From Lineus longissimus (Eukaryota): a stretch of DNA of 64,000 nt. Below the pieces are notes generated by a model that searched no databases, was not told the origin of the DNA, and saw only the letters and a list, made by a program, of their open reading frames with translations. The translations under genes and the position numbers were made by a program. The DNA is taken from assembly GCF_910592395.1 (NCBI RefSeq), contig NC_088308.1, positions 992,001 to 1,056,000 of the forward strand, read 5' to 3'. The first letter of the stretch is position 1; each line of letters begins with the position of its first letter. Shown in pieces: positions 10,932 through 24,497 of the stretch.

Positions 10932-13900
10932 ATGTATACCCACTGATGTAGAAGGAAATTCGGTCACCTGGAGAAAATGTCTGAGAACAGAAGATTCTAA
11001 GGCACGCGGAGAGAAATCTTCAAAAAGTTGAACACTTGAATAAAGTCCAAAGTATTTTATTATCAATGTCTAGAAAATCTACATTCACAATCACTATACA
11101 TGACCATCAATAAGTTACTTACAGTGAATCAACATTTTAGAGACTGAATCTCAGTTAGGCCAATCATCCATTCGGTTCTAAACACTTACAGGTGTCGATA
11201 ATCCAGTTGTTTTTTTCCACCATGCTGCTATTCCAAAGAAGGTTCTGCCAGCCACTTCTTCTATACCACTTACTTGACACTGATCTAACATGCACCAATT
11301 GGCACATTAAGTACGTTGTACGTTTGTACACAAAGATGGTTAAAAACTGTTTCCCATTTTACAAAAGTTTTGGGATTCATGCTATTCTCTTACAATGTCA
11401 ATACTAAAATATCCTTCATACATGTATATATGCTAAGTTACAGAATATAAAGCTCATAGAAACACATTATCAAACAGTACATGCATGGTAGGCTGATGAG
11501 ATGTTGTCAGACACAAAAAAGCTGGATGAAACAGGTCGGAACAAAAATGACCATGAGGTGGTAAGGACAGTAGCTTATTTGACAAGAAAACATCCCTCAG
11601 ATTATTGGTGATTTCACAGAGAAACCACAATCTTTGGTGCTGCGACAGAACTGGTCATCATAACCAGTGCTACGTTGTCAAACAGTAATATTCTTACGGC
11701 ATACAGGGTTCCGTCTCAAACAATAAATTCCCCTCCTAAATTGTCCAGATAGTTAGCACAACATGTTAATCAAGACTTCAAGCACTGTTTGCTTTGCAAT
11801 GACCAACTTTACTCTCTGACGTTCAAATTAGGAGTAATATAATGGGCCCAAGATAATATAAAGAAATTCATCACAGAACTGGAGAAAGCTACAATTACAA
11901 TGCATAGAGAAAGAAGAACAACTATAGATCCATGTGCTTGATTGGGAACAACGTTCACTTAGTGTTGGCCGTCGCCACATCACCATGCATCGCAGCTCTG
12001 ACGGTTTGACATTACTGTAACCTGACGTGACGTCTCTGTGAACATTGTCCCCTATCAAGTGCATGAATGTCTAGACAAGTAGTACAGTAGAACCTCCCAA
12101 GGATACTCTCAGCAATGACTAATCTCGACTTTATCCTTGAACTTACTCGGAAGTTTCAGGTCTGCAGAGCAATAACGGGCCAAAGTCAGTATGAAGTACA
12201 ATGTATGTTGACATGCGGGTCACCTTTATATGGTGTTACTACTGAGATTGAAAGGATAGTCAAACTGTATTGGCCCTATGCATTGTGCAATGCAAGGTCA
12301 ATACGCTAGCAGCGAATGAGCCAACTAACAGCCATTTTAACACTACACTGCCTTAAACATATCCATTGAATTGAGACAATAATGTTCCATTACTCTAAAA
12401 CATAATCCCCATGTTTACATTCTTAAATACATGAATATGTACAGAAAGTTCACCTCACTTTAAAAGAGGTACAATATTATGATCATTCGTTATTGAAACA
12501 CCTATCCTACTGTTAACACTTAATACATTTGATCATCTATAAAAATACATTGGTTTTAAATTGCATTCTTATTTGCGTGCTTTTATAAAATATTAATGAT
12601 TGAAGCAGCAAGTTGAATTGCCATGTTTACAAGATCATGTTTTCTGGTCAGCCAAACCTCGCCAGGAGGTAATAACTTATGTTATTTCCTCTTGACCTCG
12701 CTAATTACATCAATTTACGATTATGGCATGTACTTTATTTTTAGTGGCATAGCTCACCAAATCTGCACTTCCAATACTTTCATATATGACATATATTATC
12801 TTTGACTTTGATACAAAGTAGACCTCATAATGGTCAAAGATTTTCACAATACAACACATGAGGTGTAAACCAACTGTTGGTCTGGCAACATCCAAACTAT
12901 CTGCCAATCTTGCGACGTCTAAAACTTCCAATCTCACACAAGCTTCAAAACCATCAGTCAACCTTGCATCTCAAACTCTATCTGCCAATTTGGCATCTTC
13001 AACAACTATCTGTCAAATCTCAGCTTCAAAACCTGCTACTATAAACCAGGTATCTTCAAGTGCCCTGCTTCAGAGTAGAAAGGGACACAACATAATTGCC
13101 TGGGTTTCACCTCAGCTTTTTCTTTCTTCCATGTTCACTAGTCACTTAGCCTTAGAGACAGCTACAGTAATTCAAACAAAACATGACACCAAAAGAAAGC
13201 AAGAGAAATGGAGTGTTCTAGTGAAACAATGATTACTCAAGCAGCAATAGAAAATTGCATCAAAGTAGATGAGATTCAAGCAGTGGCTGGTTGATCTCAC
13301 CTTCAGCCACTCATGCTCAGGCTACAGCCATTTGTCATGTTCATGACAAAATATATCTTAAAATATCGGCTGAAGTGCACTGCCTGTGGAAAGTGCAAGT
13401 TCATTATAAAACGTGTTGTTGAACACTTTCATTCAATAGAATTAGGCCTCGGGAGCAGAACAAAACATTGATGAAGAGATAAGGACAGGCTCATTTTAGC
13501 TAAACCAACATAAACCACCGAGATCACTTTCATTTCAGATATTACTACAAGAGTCTGAGATTCCAATCCTACAATATGGCACATTTAGTAAACGCCTTAC
13601 CAAATGACAAAGCTACTCGCACAATCATAACCCATCTATACTGCAGTAGGAAGTTAGCAGGAGTATGTAACATAGATATCCTTACATGCCCTTCAGGAAG
13701 AAGTCACAGTGGTGAATTGATTTCCAGGTCTCGGTAACAAAATGTTGTGCAAATTAACATCCGGTTTGGTATCAGAACAGAAAGTGAAAAATATTTGATG
13801 CAAAAGTGTGACAAAAATAACATAGCAAAGATTACAAATAAATCTTGTCTCAATTTGAAATAAATTAAAATGCATTAGTTTCTCTCTTCAAATGAGTTAC

Positions 13901-14497
13901 TGAAACAGATTGTCCTTATTTGACTAAATTTCCTAAAACGCCCCCAGACATTTTGAAGGGTTACCGAGAAGCACTTTAAAATGCATTTCACGAAATAATT
14001 TAGGGACCCACAATTGCACCATCCTTGACATACACAAGGAGGACGTAAACTCACATTTGTATCTATCAATCTCTGCCAGCCATTGTCCAGCATATCTTAC
14101 TTTGTTAAATCCCAAACCATGCACAACAAATAAGCCACTAGAACGTGAGCAGCCTTTTGAAAAAGGCCTGACACTTTTGATTTCACCACCAACACAACAA
14201 AGTGGTAGCTGCAACCGTATTCAAATATCCGTTGGTTTCTTGATCTAAGGCAAGATCTTTCATGAGATTGTCCAAGTTACAATCAGAAACACAAGTTACA
14301 AGTCAAACCTTACAACTCCCTCATCAAGAGAGAATTCTCTCACATTTTTAAGGCAACGTTGTATCTGAAATTGTCAGTGGTCCAGTAGTAAAATAGTTGA
14401 GGACCCCGTCATAGCTTGTACAATCGAGTGGATGACCTCAGTTTGTGTCCAGTCATGAGTGTAAGCCAGACGGACGTCTGACTTAGGAAAGCTGATG

Positions 14498-17400
14498 TCA
14501 GTGCCACTTGGCTCTCTGAGCAAAGATGTCGCTACGGAGATTCTGTGCGAAGCATATACCAAGGATCTGAAAGAGACAAAGAGAAATATTGTACAGTTCC
14601 TTTCGACACAGTTTGTGACTCAAATTTCGATCTAGTTGGCGAAATGAGTTTTCTTGCCATGTACAGAATGAAGTCACGATGACTCATATCTACAGACTAA
14701 CAAGATAACAGTTATGATTATCATGAAACTACTCCAACAAGTCAAACCTTTGTATCTTCTCGACTAACAAGCAATTCGGCAATTAACCCTCACCTGGACA
14801 AGCGCTACCCCAACAGCCACCCCTGCCACTGGTATCAAATGTTCTTCCAGCCATTTTTCGCCAGCTTCTAGACATCCCGTTGTATAGATTTTCTCGGAGA
14901 GCGAACTGACACTTTGTTGGCTTGGATGGCGCACGTAGTATCCACACTGTTTGTTGATGAGCTCCTCCTAGAAACAAATCACAATATTAAGCCAGTCGCA
15001 TTTCTCAACTGAGAAATCAATATGTTTTTCATTCATCTATTTGCCAGAAGGTGTAAGTCATTCTCAATCACTCATGAGTTGGATGTAAATTTAGACGTAG
15101 AGGTATCTCGCTTTTGAGGGGTTTTGAGAAGACATTTTGAAACCTCTTAGGACACTTACCCCTGGCCTTGGTCTGCAACAGGAAAATGGCACACCACATT
15201 TTTCAGCACTTTTTGATGTGCAGTTAAAGTACATGTTCAGGTCCCAGTCTTCAGCTCCGTCGACACCACAGCAATGAAGCTGCAAGGAAACGAGACATCG
15301 TAAATGGAAATATCTTGTCGAAAGTCATCAGTTAAAACAGTACATCACAACTTGGAATATTAGAATGTAAGGTTCTGTACCAAGGCTGAAGTGAATAGAA
15401 TATTTACTAGAATAGTTTCTTTTTTCAACTGACTGGAATATAACTTCAAGGGCATTTTTTATCACAACCAGCCACAGATAACCTCGGAGTATGATTTGGT
15501 TGATTTGTGTACACATTATAAACTTGTCTGCTTCGTACTTGATTTATCCCAGAAAATGCCAGTGAAAGTTTGGCACTTTACAGTAGGAGTCCCCGAGACG
15601 TAAGAGTAAGACAGAATCACTGGGTCAATTACTCCAATTGGTGCCCAGCTGTAGTGGTGTGCAACTAATGCACACCAGAGCAAATGTCACCAACTAGTGC
15701 CCGGGAGGGTTGTCTAGGAATTGTAATCAGCCTTACCCATTCCGTTTGCACCCAGTCGATCAGATTTTGTAAGTCTGAATCGTCTCTGTATTTATCTATA
15801 GTGACCTTCAGTTGTGTCTTGATCTGCGTCTTCACCTGTTAGATGTCAAAGGGTTAACATCACTCAGCTATATGAGCTAGTTAGAGATGTCACCAATAGA
15901 GCAAGCCACTAAAGCCACCTAGTACTAAGCATGCAGCGAAGAGACATGTCAAATTCTCTCACCTTGTATTCTTACCTTTGAAACCAATCATCATGGACAA
16001 ACCGTTCACCTATGCAATTTCATCACCACCACATGTTGACCTCTTTACAGAGCAAATAGACCAATTAGATTGTATTATTATTTTCACTCCAAAATCTACA
16101 TGTATGGGCATAAAAAAACTGAGACTAAAAATCCAATAAAAACTTTTCGTGCTCATCACAATGCCCAAGGTGTACCCAATTCAGACTTACCGTCATCCTG
16201 ACAATATCAGGCCATCTCACTCGATACATACCTACTCCCTCAATTGGAAACATGCTAGGAGAAGTCGGGTTGTAGGCCCTGTTTGCAAGAGGATGACTTA
16301 CCGTGCGCTAGTCGCTTCATAGTATTTCATCTGACACATGCCGAATCTCCAGCTAGGGAACAGGGATCCCCACTGAAGATTAGACAGGTGGTATCTTGGG
16401 AATGGTGTGCCAGGACCAAGGTATTGTACATACAGAATGTAAACCTAGCACGTACAAGAGTGAACTTGTGTTGCCTTCAGTGGTGGGGGAGTGCAACATG
16501 CAGGGTCAGTACTTGTAGTACTTCATGCAGCACAGCGTGTGCTTACACTCAACTCACCCAATCGAGTTGCACCCAGTCTATAAGATTCTGCCAGTCTTGA
16601 TCATCGCGGTAATGAATGAGTAAATTGGTCATCTCGCCCTTCATTTGTTCTTTGACCTGCATGCAGATTACAACACAGCGCACAAGATAAGCAAAACACA
16701 AAACAATGTACATAAGGAAAACCAAGGCAAATCGCAGAGTAGTGAGGATAGCAAGCTTTAGATGAATGAATGGTCACATAGCCATTGACCCTATAATATT
16801 GGTTTTCTGAGAGAAGAGCAGATTGCCATTGGACACTGCCAGAGTCGACTATAACTACTTTGTGCAACATCCATTTCAAGCACAACCAAGTCACCTGACG
16901 CTAAGAATAGAAGCACCAGAGAAGCAGACAGACCATCAACAATAACAATGGCAAACACCAAGTCTAAATCTGTTCTACCTAACTGTTCTAATTCTATATG
17001 ATTTATCACTCGAATCTTAACTGGGGTAAACATGCATTACTCAATCAACATACATGTATCTGTGACACTTGGGGATAAGCATAGCATGCAGGTACTGACA
17101 TAGAATCAACATAAATAGTAAGTGGTGCCACTGGTGGCTAAATTATTTATTAGCAAGTGACTGATCACCTTATCTAAATCCGATATGATTACAGAGTATC
17201 AATTTTAAACATGACTAACAATTTTCTTACAAATACATGTAACTTCTGCATTATTGAGCACAGGTATTAAGATTTTAAACGGGTCTCATCTGTCTGTATA
17301 AATATCAAATGTATCCACAGATTTTTCAAGCAACAATCTGTCTTGACATGAGGATAGCTGAACTCAGCCTGGACCCCATCACCAGTGAATGACTATTTTC

Positions 17401-18792
17401 ATATTGCCACATACTTACCCAGTCTTTATATACAAAACCTAGGATGCCTAATATTAGTTCTGCGAAGAATATTACTCCTATAGCCACACAGTACTGAAAG
17501 AAAATACAGAAATAACAAATCTTGAGTTTTGGAATGCACAATAACCTTTGCTCACTCTAAGTCAGACTCTGAAATGTCCGAGGGGGTTCTTCAACTTAAG
17601 TCTAAAATGGTGTGGATAACCCACTTAAGGAAATGTAATGGCTAATCTGTTGCCTTAAAACCCTGATTTTATCCTTATTACACTGTATTCAAATATTATT
17701 GTAGTTTGCATTTCCTCGATATGATGGGTCAAAATATGGCACCCAAAATATTTACTCATCATGGTATTTTTCTAACACTAATACTAGGTTCGAAAAGCTA
17801 GCTCTGGCCCCATATACTTACAAATAACAATAAGCAAGTGTTTTCCCTGAGAGCACCAGTACAGCCTGCAAATCCTATGATAAACATAACTCCTCCTGTG
17901 ATGATAAGAATAAGAGCCGGGTCGACCGTTATCGTTGTCAATTGACTAATGTTGGCAAAAACATCTTTTTCTGACCACGCCCATATTCCCACAGCACATA
18001 TCCCTACACCCATGAACTGAAATGATAAGATAAACACTGTATAAGTCTGTACACAAATGAAGATACTTCAAGGACATGTATATCTTTAAGAGATCCTTTC
18101 ATTTCATTTAAGTATTTCCAATATACAAATGCACCTTTTAGTGAGAGTTCTCGTCCTGATATGAGCATGTAAATCAAAACTGAAACCCAGAACGAATGTC
18201 AAAATCTTTGGTATGGCTACGATTTCCACTTGATTGTGGGCGTTGGTATTGTTACGTCACACCCTCCCCTCTGTTGAGATACGAGTATGCACGCAGAGCC
18301 AACGGGAATGACGTCAGAATGAACAAAAGATATCCATCTATTAGGGGTAACTTAAACTAAAACTACAGTCACTAGTTGAATTGCACAGCAAATGCTGATC
18401 ATAGATGTTGTCATCTGCAGGCCCTAGGCTTTATTTTGTCAAAGATTACGCCCTACGCCACGGCATAGGCCTACAACCGATGTGGCCAAATCAAGCGACT
18501 CATCAGACTCTCGTACTGTCTCCAGATCAGCAGATACGCAGCAGGTGCACACAATCGTGACAATGTACATATGAAGGCCCATGTATTTATTATACGCCTC
18601 ATTATTATACATTGCATAGCATTACATAATCTGTGAGAGAAAGAAAGTAGGCCTAGGCCTAACATATTAAACATGAAAAGGTCAAAAAGTAAACACTAAA
18701 ATACCCACCCAAAATAAAACATTGAATCCAAATACAAGGTATTTGATACAGCAGCTGACTTCTGTCCTATCTCTACGCCTTCGTTTTGCCAT
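14498..18792 (-). CDS. TspanC8-subfamily tetraspanin (TSPAN5/17/33-like), 271 aa
   Basis: All-phase-0 exons 18709-18792, 17822-18016, 17419-17493, [16558-16656 or 15737-15835], 15160-15279, 14794-14967, 14498-14566. Motifs [30 protein letters not shown] and GVPFSCC. Eight cysteines in the large extracellular loop. Confidence 0.95.
15737..15835 (-). CDS. Tetraspanin alternative exon 4b ([33 protein letters not shown])
   Basis: 99 nt, cag acceptor, gtaagg donor, homologous to exon 4a. Confidence 0.9.
16558..16656 (-). CDS. Tetraspanin alternative exon 4a ([33 protein letters not shown])
   Basis: 99 nt, cag acceptor, gtgagt donor, homologous to exon 4b. Confidence 0.9.
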
Positions 18793-19081
18793 TTTTGATC
18801 CAGTTTTCAGTTCAGATCATTCTTAAATCGACATTAGAAAAGAAATTCCATTCAAAAGCCAATCATCTTTTCATTCCACTTCCAAGCAAAATGATCTCAT
18901 GGTGACGTCACGAGCAAAAATAATATACCTGAAACCATTTGTCCGGTTTTTTTAATAATCAAATTGAATCGTTTAATCTTTACTATTGGACTAAAGATAC
19001 TTTAGATGTCATGTATGATAAAATATTTAGAAGATAAAGAAGTAAGACCAATATCGAAGCAACGAGATTCCAATTTCCAAG
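18793..19081. promoter_or_regulatory. Bidirectional promoter between the tetraspanin and the small membrane protein gene
   Basis: Only 289 bp separate the divergent ATGs. Perfect CRE palindrome TGACGTCA at 18903-18910. YY1-like CAAGATGGC overlaps the + strand ATG. Confidence 0.7.
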
Positions 19082-19924
19082 ATGGCAGCCTCCACGGAAA
19101 AACAAGCCGGCGAAAAAAACAAGAAATTTTGGCAAATAAAAGACCTATCCCAGGTTAATAACGCAATATTTCGTTATGTACCTTTCGTAGGATGTGGGAG
19201 CTATCTAGTTTTTTCATCAAACATCATGAACCCTCGTTTATTTAGGAGGTAAATAGAACTTGCATTTTCAGCCATGCTACTGTACATTGTAGCATAAATG
19301 TACAGTGTACATTGTGTACGGGTGCGTACATTATTGTGCAGATGCACTTGGGGTTGATTATTCGGTGGAGACTTGTTGAACACCACTATCATTTAAGCAC
19401 CAGAATCCCTTGACGACAGGATACATACCGTAGAATAGACTGTTACACAATTCAACTGGAACTTCGAAGGCCACCTTGGTTGGTGACCTTCTCCAACACT
19501 GCCAACAGTGCAGTCAACACTGACTCAGTGACTGTTGACTGAGGACTGATTCTTACAAGCTTGGACAGTTGATAGGGTACAGAATCAGTGAATATTCCTT
19601 TCTTTTATTTTCAGTGCATTTTCACCATATGAGCTGTGTGTGGCAAACAGTCTTTGGTTCAATGCTCATCTTGGTGTTGGAATTTATCTCTTCAACTGTA
19701 AACATATACGACAGGCCCCAGGCTACACCAAAGTCATGTACAGTGTGTTTGGGACGGCAGTCTTCAACTTTGGATCGGTGCTGATGTGGGCTTCATCGAA
19801 GTCTTTGATGCCAGAAAATAGTGTTGTCCGTGTTTTGTTTGGACTCATTTCAGGAGTGGGTATGATTCTTATGGGTAAGGAGTATTTGGCCTATGTGGAC
19901 TCAAAATGTGATGACCAAGTTTAG
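19082..19924 (+). CDS. Small multi-pass membrane protein of unknown function, 158 aa
   Basis: Exons 19082-19248 (AG|gtaaat, phase 2) and 19615-19924 (tttcag acceptor) give MAASTEK...NIMNPRLFRSAFSPYEL...HLGVGIYLFN...YSVFGTAVFNFGSVLMWA...LFGLISGVGMILMGKEYLAYVDS, with about 4 hydrophobic segments. AATAAA at 20255 and 20275. Confidence 0.85.
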
Positions 19925-20591
19925 GGACATTAAAAGGAGTTTTAACTCCTGACATTGATGCCATCCTTTTTGTTGCATTTGTTTAACATTAAATGTTCAT
20001 TACAAACAGTTGATTTTGCAGCTGATTAGTGAATACCAGTAGTAGCTGTTCATAGGACAGGGGAGTGTTTCCCTCCGTTTGATTTTTTCACCAGAATTAA
20101 TTGCTTACATGTATCATGTTCATTTTAGAACTGCATTGTAGCAAGAATTGATATTCTGTTCAGAACATTATATCTAAATGTACTTGCATGTGTCTATGTG
20201 CCGTTTGAATGGTAGATTGTATGTTGTGTTTTGTAAGACAATCACATTGTGACTAATAAAATAACAGATTACAGAATAAATAGAAATGGCTTATTTATTC
20301 TTCTGGCTTTCAATTCGTCCTGGGTGGAATGCTGTCCAACATGACAATATGGAGGCAATCCTTGCAAAAATATACAAATACTGCAATAGTTGTGACTCAA
20401 ATTGAAGAGGTTGTCCCACAGGAAATGATATGGTTATGATCAGGTTTTTTTACCACATAACATGGTTGTGACTATTTTGGAGAAGTCCTAAACCCTGAAG
20501 GAAGAAGTAAGAAGGATGCTTGTACATGTAGTAGCAATATGATTGAAAGTTGTCTCTCATGAAATGTTCGGTCTCGGGCAAGTTTGTGTGT

Positions 20592-20847
20592 TTGTCCCAC
20601 GTAATCTGGCATGGTTATGACCAAGTAGGGAGGTTGTCCCATGTAATCTGGCATGGTTGTGACCAAGTAGGGAGGTTGTCCCACGTAATCTGGCATGGTT
20701 GTGACCAAGTGGGGAGGTTTTCCCACATAATCTGGCATGGTTGTGACCCAGTAGGGAGGTTGTCCCACATAATCTGGCATGGTTGTGACCAAGTAGGGAG
20801 GTTGTCCCACATAATCTGGCATGGTTGTGACCAAGTAGGGAGGTTGT
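20592..20847. repeat. Minisatellite, 42-bp unit x6, plus a degenerate copy at 20411-20472
   Basis: Unit ttgtcccacataatctggcatggttgtgaccaagtagggagg starts at 20592, 20634, 20676, 20718, 20760 and 20802. Confidence 0.95.
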
Positions 20848-21080
20848 TCCTCGGCGTCGTTGTTCATCTCCCAAATTCTTCAGCTTACTTTCTTACCCGT
20901 GCTTTTGCCAAACCACTTGGCCTTGCTCTTTGAAAGTAATATTACAGTACATCATCAGCATGTCTTGTCTCATTTCGCCTCTCTAGCGCCCAGGCTTAGG
21001 ATTCCAGTCCTTTTTAAACCCTCTGTAACTTAGTGCCGGCACACCTCCAATCGATGGAAACGGTGTGCTAGCTAACTCAT

Positions 21081-22190
21081 TCAACATTGTTGTGGTGGAG
21101 GTTCCTCCATGGGCTCTGTCCTGGCCAGATTGTCCAAATCATTGGCCAGCACGCCCGCCGTTGGACGAACCACAGGGTCGTCCCTGATACACATCATGCG
21201 CAAGGGGTGGTGTCGGATGAAACTAAACATTTGTATGATTGGCTTCACAAGGATCCCGAAAGAATAGATATCACTTTTACACGTCGACAAGCGCCCTTTG
21301 AACACCTCTGGGGCGACATGCCAACATTTAGCACGCCAGTATTCCAAGTCTTTCTTTTCAAATGGTTTTCCGCGTGGTCCGAAAGATGCCAGTCCAAAGT
21401 CGATGAATGCCACTCTCCAGTTGGAGCCCCTCTTTGGTGTCCGGCGGCGCTTCAGGAGCAGATTTGTCGCCTTTAAGTCATTCAAGATCACACCAGCATG
21501 ATGAATATACGCCAATCCGGTAGCAACATCACGTATGATAAACAACCAATCCCTCCTGGGAATGGGGAGTCGCCATTTGGAATTCCTTTCTTTCTTTTTA
21601 TCCATCAACTCCTTGTGGAGTTCGCAGGCACCCTGCAGGGTGTTGCCGTAAAGTTCAAACGAGTGGTCGTCCACGTCTTCACAAACCAAACCCCATCTGA
21701 CATATGTCTGATCTGGCTTGACGTAAACCACACCTAAAAACCTTGGCACGAAGTCGCCACATTTGTCTCTCAGCATCTCCATGAGCTTAGCTTCGCGTAA
21801 AGCCTTGGCGCCGCGGGTGTTCAACTTCCTTAAGAACTTGATCACCGCCTCAGTCGTCTTGCCTGAAATCCTGACGTCACATCGGAAGACAGAGCCATAA
21901 ACGCCCTCACCGGCGATCTGATACCCTCCGAAATGCATCTTGTACGAGACTTGTTGTCTCTTTATGATGTACTGCGTCCAGTTCGTCCTCGGGAATTCAA
22001 TTGAGAATTTCGAATCGATGTTCTCTAGGATGTTCTGGACAGCCCATCGATGACAGTAACCCAGTCCGCTGATGGCTGGTGGTGATGGACGCCATTTTCG
22101 TATCGACCGTGAGTCTGAAGATAGCGTCCCCGAAGATGTTAGGGTTATTCTGTTGGTGGCATGGTGGAGTACGATGGAGGTGGAACTCAT
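21081..22190 (-). CDS. Intronless divergent Ser/Thr-type protein kinase, non-RD
   Basis: All key subdomains are present: GEGVYG, AVIK, alphaC LREAKLM, catalytic loop ILNDLKATN, DFG, APE, SDIYSFG and RP. The true start is uncertain. Confidence 0.85.
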   Translation of the reverse strand: MSSTSIVLHHATNRITLTSSGTLSSDSRSIRKWRPSPPAISGLGYCHRWAVQNILENIDSKFSIEFPRTNWTQYIIKRQQVSYKMHFGGYQIAGEGVYGSVFRCDVRISGKTTEAVIKFLRKLNTRGAKALREAKLMEMLRDKCGDFVPRFLGVVYVKPDQTYVRWGLVCEDVDDHSFELYGNTLQGACELHKELMDKKKERNSKWRLPIPRRDWLFIIRDVATGLAYIHHAGVILNDLKATNLLLKRRRTPKRGSNWRVAFIDFGLASFGPRGKPFEKKDLEYWRAKCWHVAPEVFKGRLSTCKSDIYSFGILVKPIIQMFSFIRHHPLRMMCIRDDPVVRPTAGVLANDLDNLARTEPMEEPPPQQC

Positions 22191-22495
22191 CTTCGATTCG
22201 ACATCATCTCCAGTCCTTTCCTATGGATGACAAGACGCTAGATATTAAATATCCCCACTTTTGATCGTATAGGTACTCGTATTTAACATCCCATTGAGGA
22301 CAGAATTAGGAGAGACGACCGAATGTTCTTTGGTTTGTCGCCAGCAACCAGGCGACCAGGTCGTTGGCGGCTCTTGTGTACGTCGTCGGACGCACGGCTG
22401 ATTGAGTATTCAGTGATTACTCCGAAAGCAGTTCCGGTGGATTGTCCAATCAAAAGTGTCGACTACACCCCCGGTGTGCCCATCAAATGATCTCA

Positions 22496-24497
22496 TCAGA
22501 AAACCTTAGTTTGGATGGCTTCAGGAGATTTTGCTTTCTGAAATGGGTAAATGAGCTCACACTTTTAAACAGACGGGACGGAATGTCACCACCTGCCAGC
22601 GACTGTAGTTAATGAGATTGTATGTACTTACTGTCACAATCTCGCCGGCCTCCGCGTTACCCGACTCCACAAGATAGAAGATATCTTGCCAGCTACATAG
22701 CGTGCTCGTCGAGGCATCAGACGATTCACCAGAATACGAAGAAGCCGGCTCCGCTGATGACTCGGATTCACTGGATGATGTTTCGGACGCCTCAGAATTA
22801 TCGAATGTCTCAATGATCCGGATCTTGTATTTGTTTGGGGATGGGAGCTCGCGAATTTTAATCGTTTGCTTCCTTGTCACGACGACTGTCACCTTCTCTG
22901 CTGATCTGAGTCGTGATCGTCTCTCCCACATCTCAACGGGATCGTCCTCGCAGCCGCTCGGGCCAGGCGTCGGCTCCCACGCGACAGCGACGCCTGAGGC
23001 CTCCTCGGCAGACACACCCATTATCTCTCTGTAGACGTCTGCCTTTACTACCTCAGAAGCAATATTTTCTGTAAATCTCCTGAATCCGGTAGGTGGTGCG
23101 TCAAACGTTTCAAAAGTGGTTTCAATTGCTGCAGTCGTGTTGAACTCTATGCCGGAGTTGTCCTCGGAGGCCTTCCCGTTTCCCGACAGACTCTCGCCTG
23201 CTACGTCACGTATACCTCCGTCGTCTACTTCTCTAAGACTGTCAACATCAGCGTCATCCTCTGCCTTCAGTCGGGCAACTAATTTGTCAAAGTTTGCCTC
23301 AGTAACTAATTCATTTGATTTCTCCGGGAAACAGCGGCAATAGGATCCATCATCCTGCTGAGAAGCCGATGCCAGGGAGACCGTATGCACGTTCGCGCGC
23401 TCGGCGTATACTGAAAGTTGACGTTTGCACGAATAATGTCCGTGTGCTGATGATTAATGTAAGCTCGGGTGAATAAAGGCCTCCACCCGCACTGCTGCTG
23501 CGTAAATCAGGGGGAAAGAGAGGAAACATCCTTATCTACGCACAAGTGTGTGGAGGCCGTAAAGGGTCCGAGTAAAAGTAAACTTCACTATTGGTCTCAA
23601 TCTCCCAGATATCGCATGACATGGCATGGGTTGCTTTCAGCTGTCGTGACATGGGGGGGGGGGGGGGGGCAAAAGGCTCTATGCGGGTTCTAATAGATTT
23701 AATAGCCAATCTAAGATTTCAAGGGTGAAAAACACCTAACTATCGCTTTCGTTCTTGTTTCAGGGCTTCACAGAAGCCTGGTGGTTTGAGCCTTTACCTT
23801 TCTTTATCTGTCCCTTTCTAAAGAGATTGCCAAAGCATCCTTTCCTGATCACAACATCATCATCAAGTGAGGAGATTGTGCCTCTGTCTTCGCTCCTCTT
23901 AGTTGTTACCCGCTAAGAAACAAAGAAGGTGTGAAACAAACTATATTCGCGGGCGGCTCTGGCAAAGTCAGTCTGAGGCCTTTTCCAGTATACCCACAGG
24001 CGCCATCTCACAATAGAGTAGAACACTTATGATTAGGACACTCATTTCTGTAACACTGGCGACTTGTTAGAAGTACAATGTTACGTTTGATTCTCCAAAT
24101 CTTTGTTTACAAGAAGTTATTTTGACTTTAGGAGAAGGGAAACCCTTTCTACCTCTTCTCCCAAGCATCAATGCGTTGCTGTCGTCTACTTAAGGCAGCT
24201 CCAGGACCGGCCTCAAACTCCGCCCTGGGACAGGAATTATCATCTTCATATCTCTAAAAAGGGATCGTTAGTGAGCAGCTAATATCGTTTGGTCATGAGA
24301 ATTTGTCTTACCATGGCCTCATCAAATACACCATGAAGTTTCTTTTCTTCTTTGCGTCTTCGTTTCTCCTGCCTTCTATTCCTGCGGCCAAGGCGGGATC
24401 TAAACTCCCTAAATCTCTCCAGCAGACGATGCAGTTTGCCTCGGAGTCCCGTCAAATGGAAATCCTCACTGCAAACTACCGCCGGTAACTCTTCCAT
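22496..24497 (-). CDS. Orphan spliced ORF with a basic N-terminus and an acidic/Ser-rich body, possibly partly pseudogenised
   Basis: Candidate exons 24312-24497, 24153-24253, 23798-23912, 22632-23410 (779 nt, open) and 22496-22537, all with GT/AG sites. All junctions are phase-compatible except exon 2 to exon 3 (phase 2 versus 0). No recognisable domain. Confidence 0.45.

Noticed and set aside
12858..13232. 124-aa Ser/Thr-rich ORF
   Set aside because: It arises from a degenerate ~27-bp tandem repeat antisense to the presumed tetraspanin 3' UTR; no splice or domain support.
16791..17033. Third alternative tetraspanin exon (hydrophobic ORF in intron 3)
   Set aside because: No similarity to exons 4a/4b and no convincing phase-0 splice pair.
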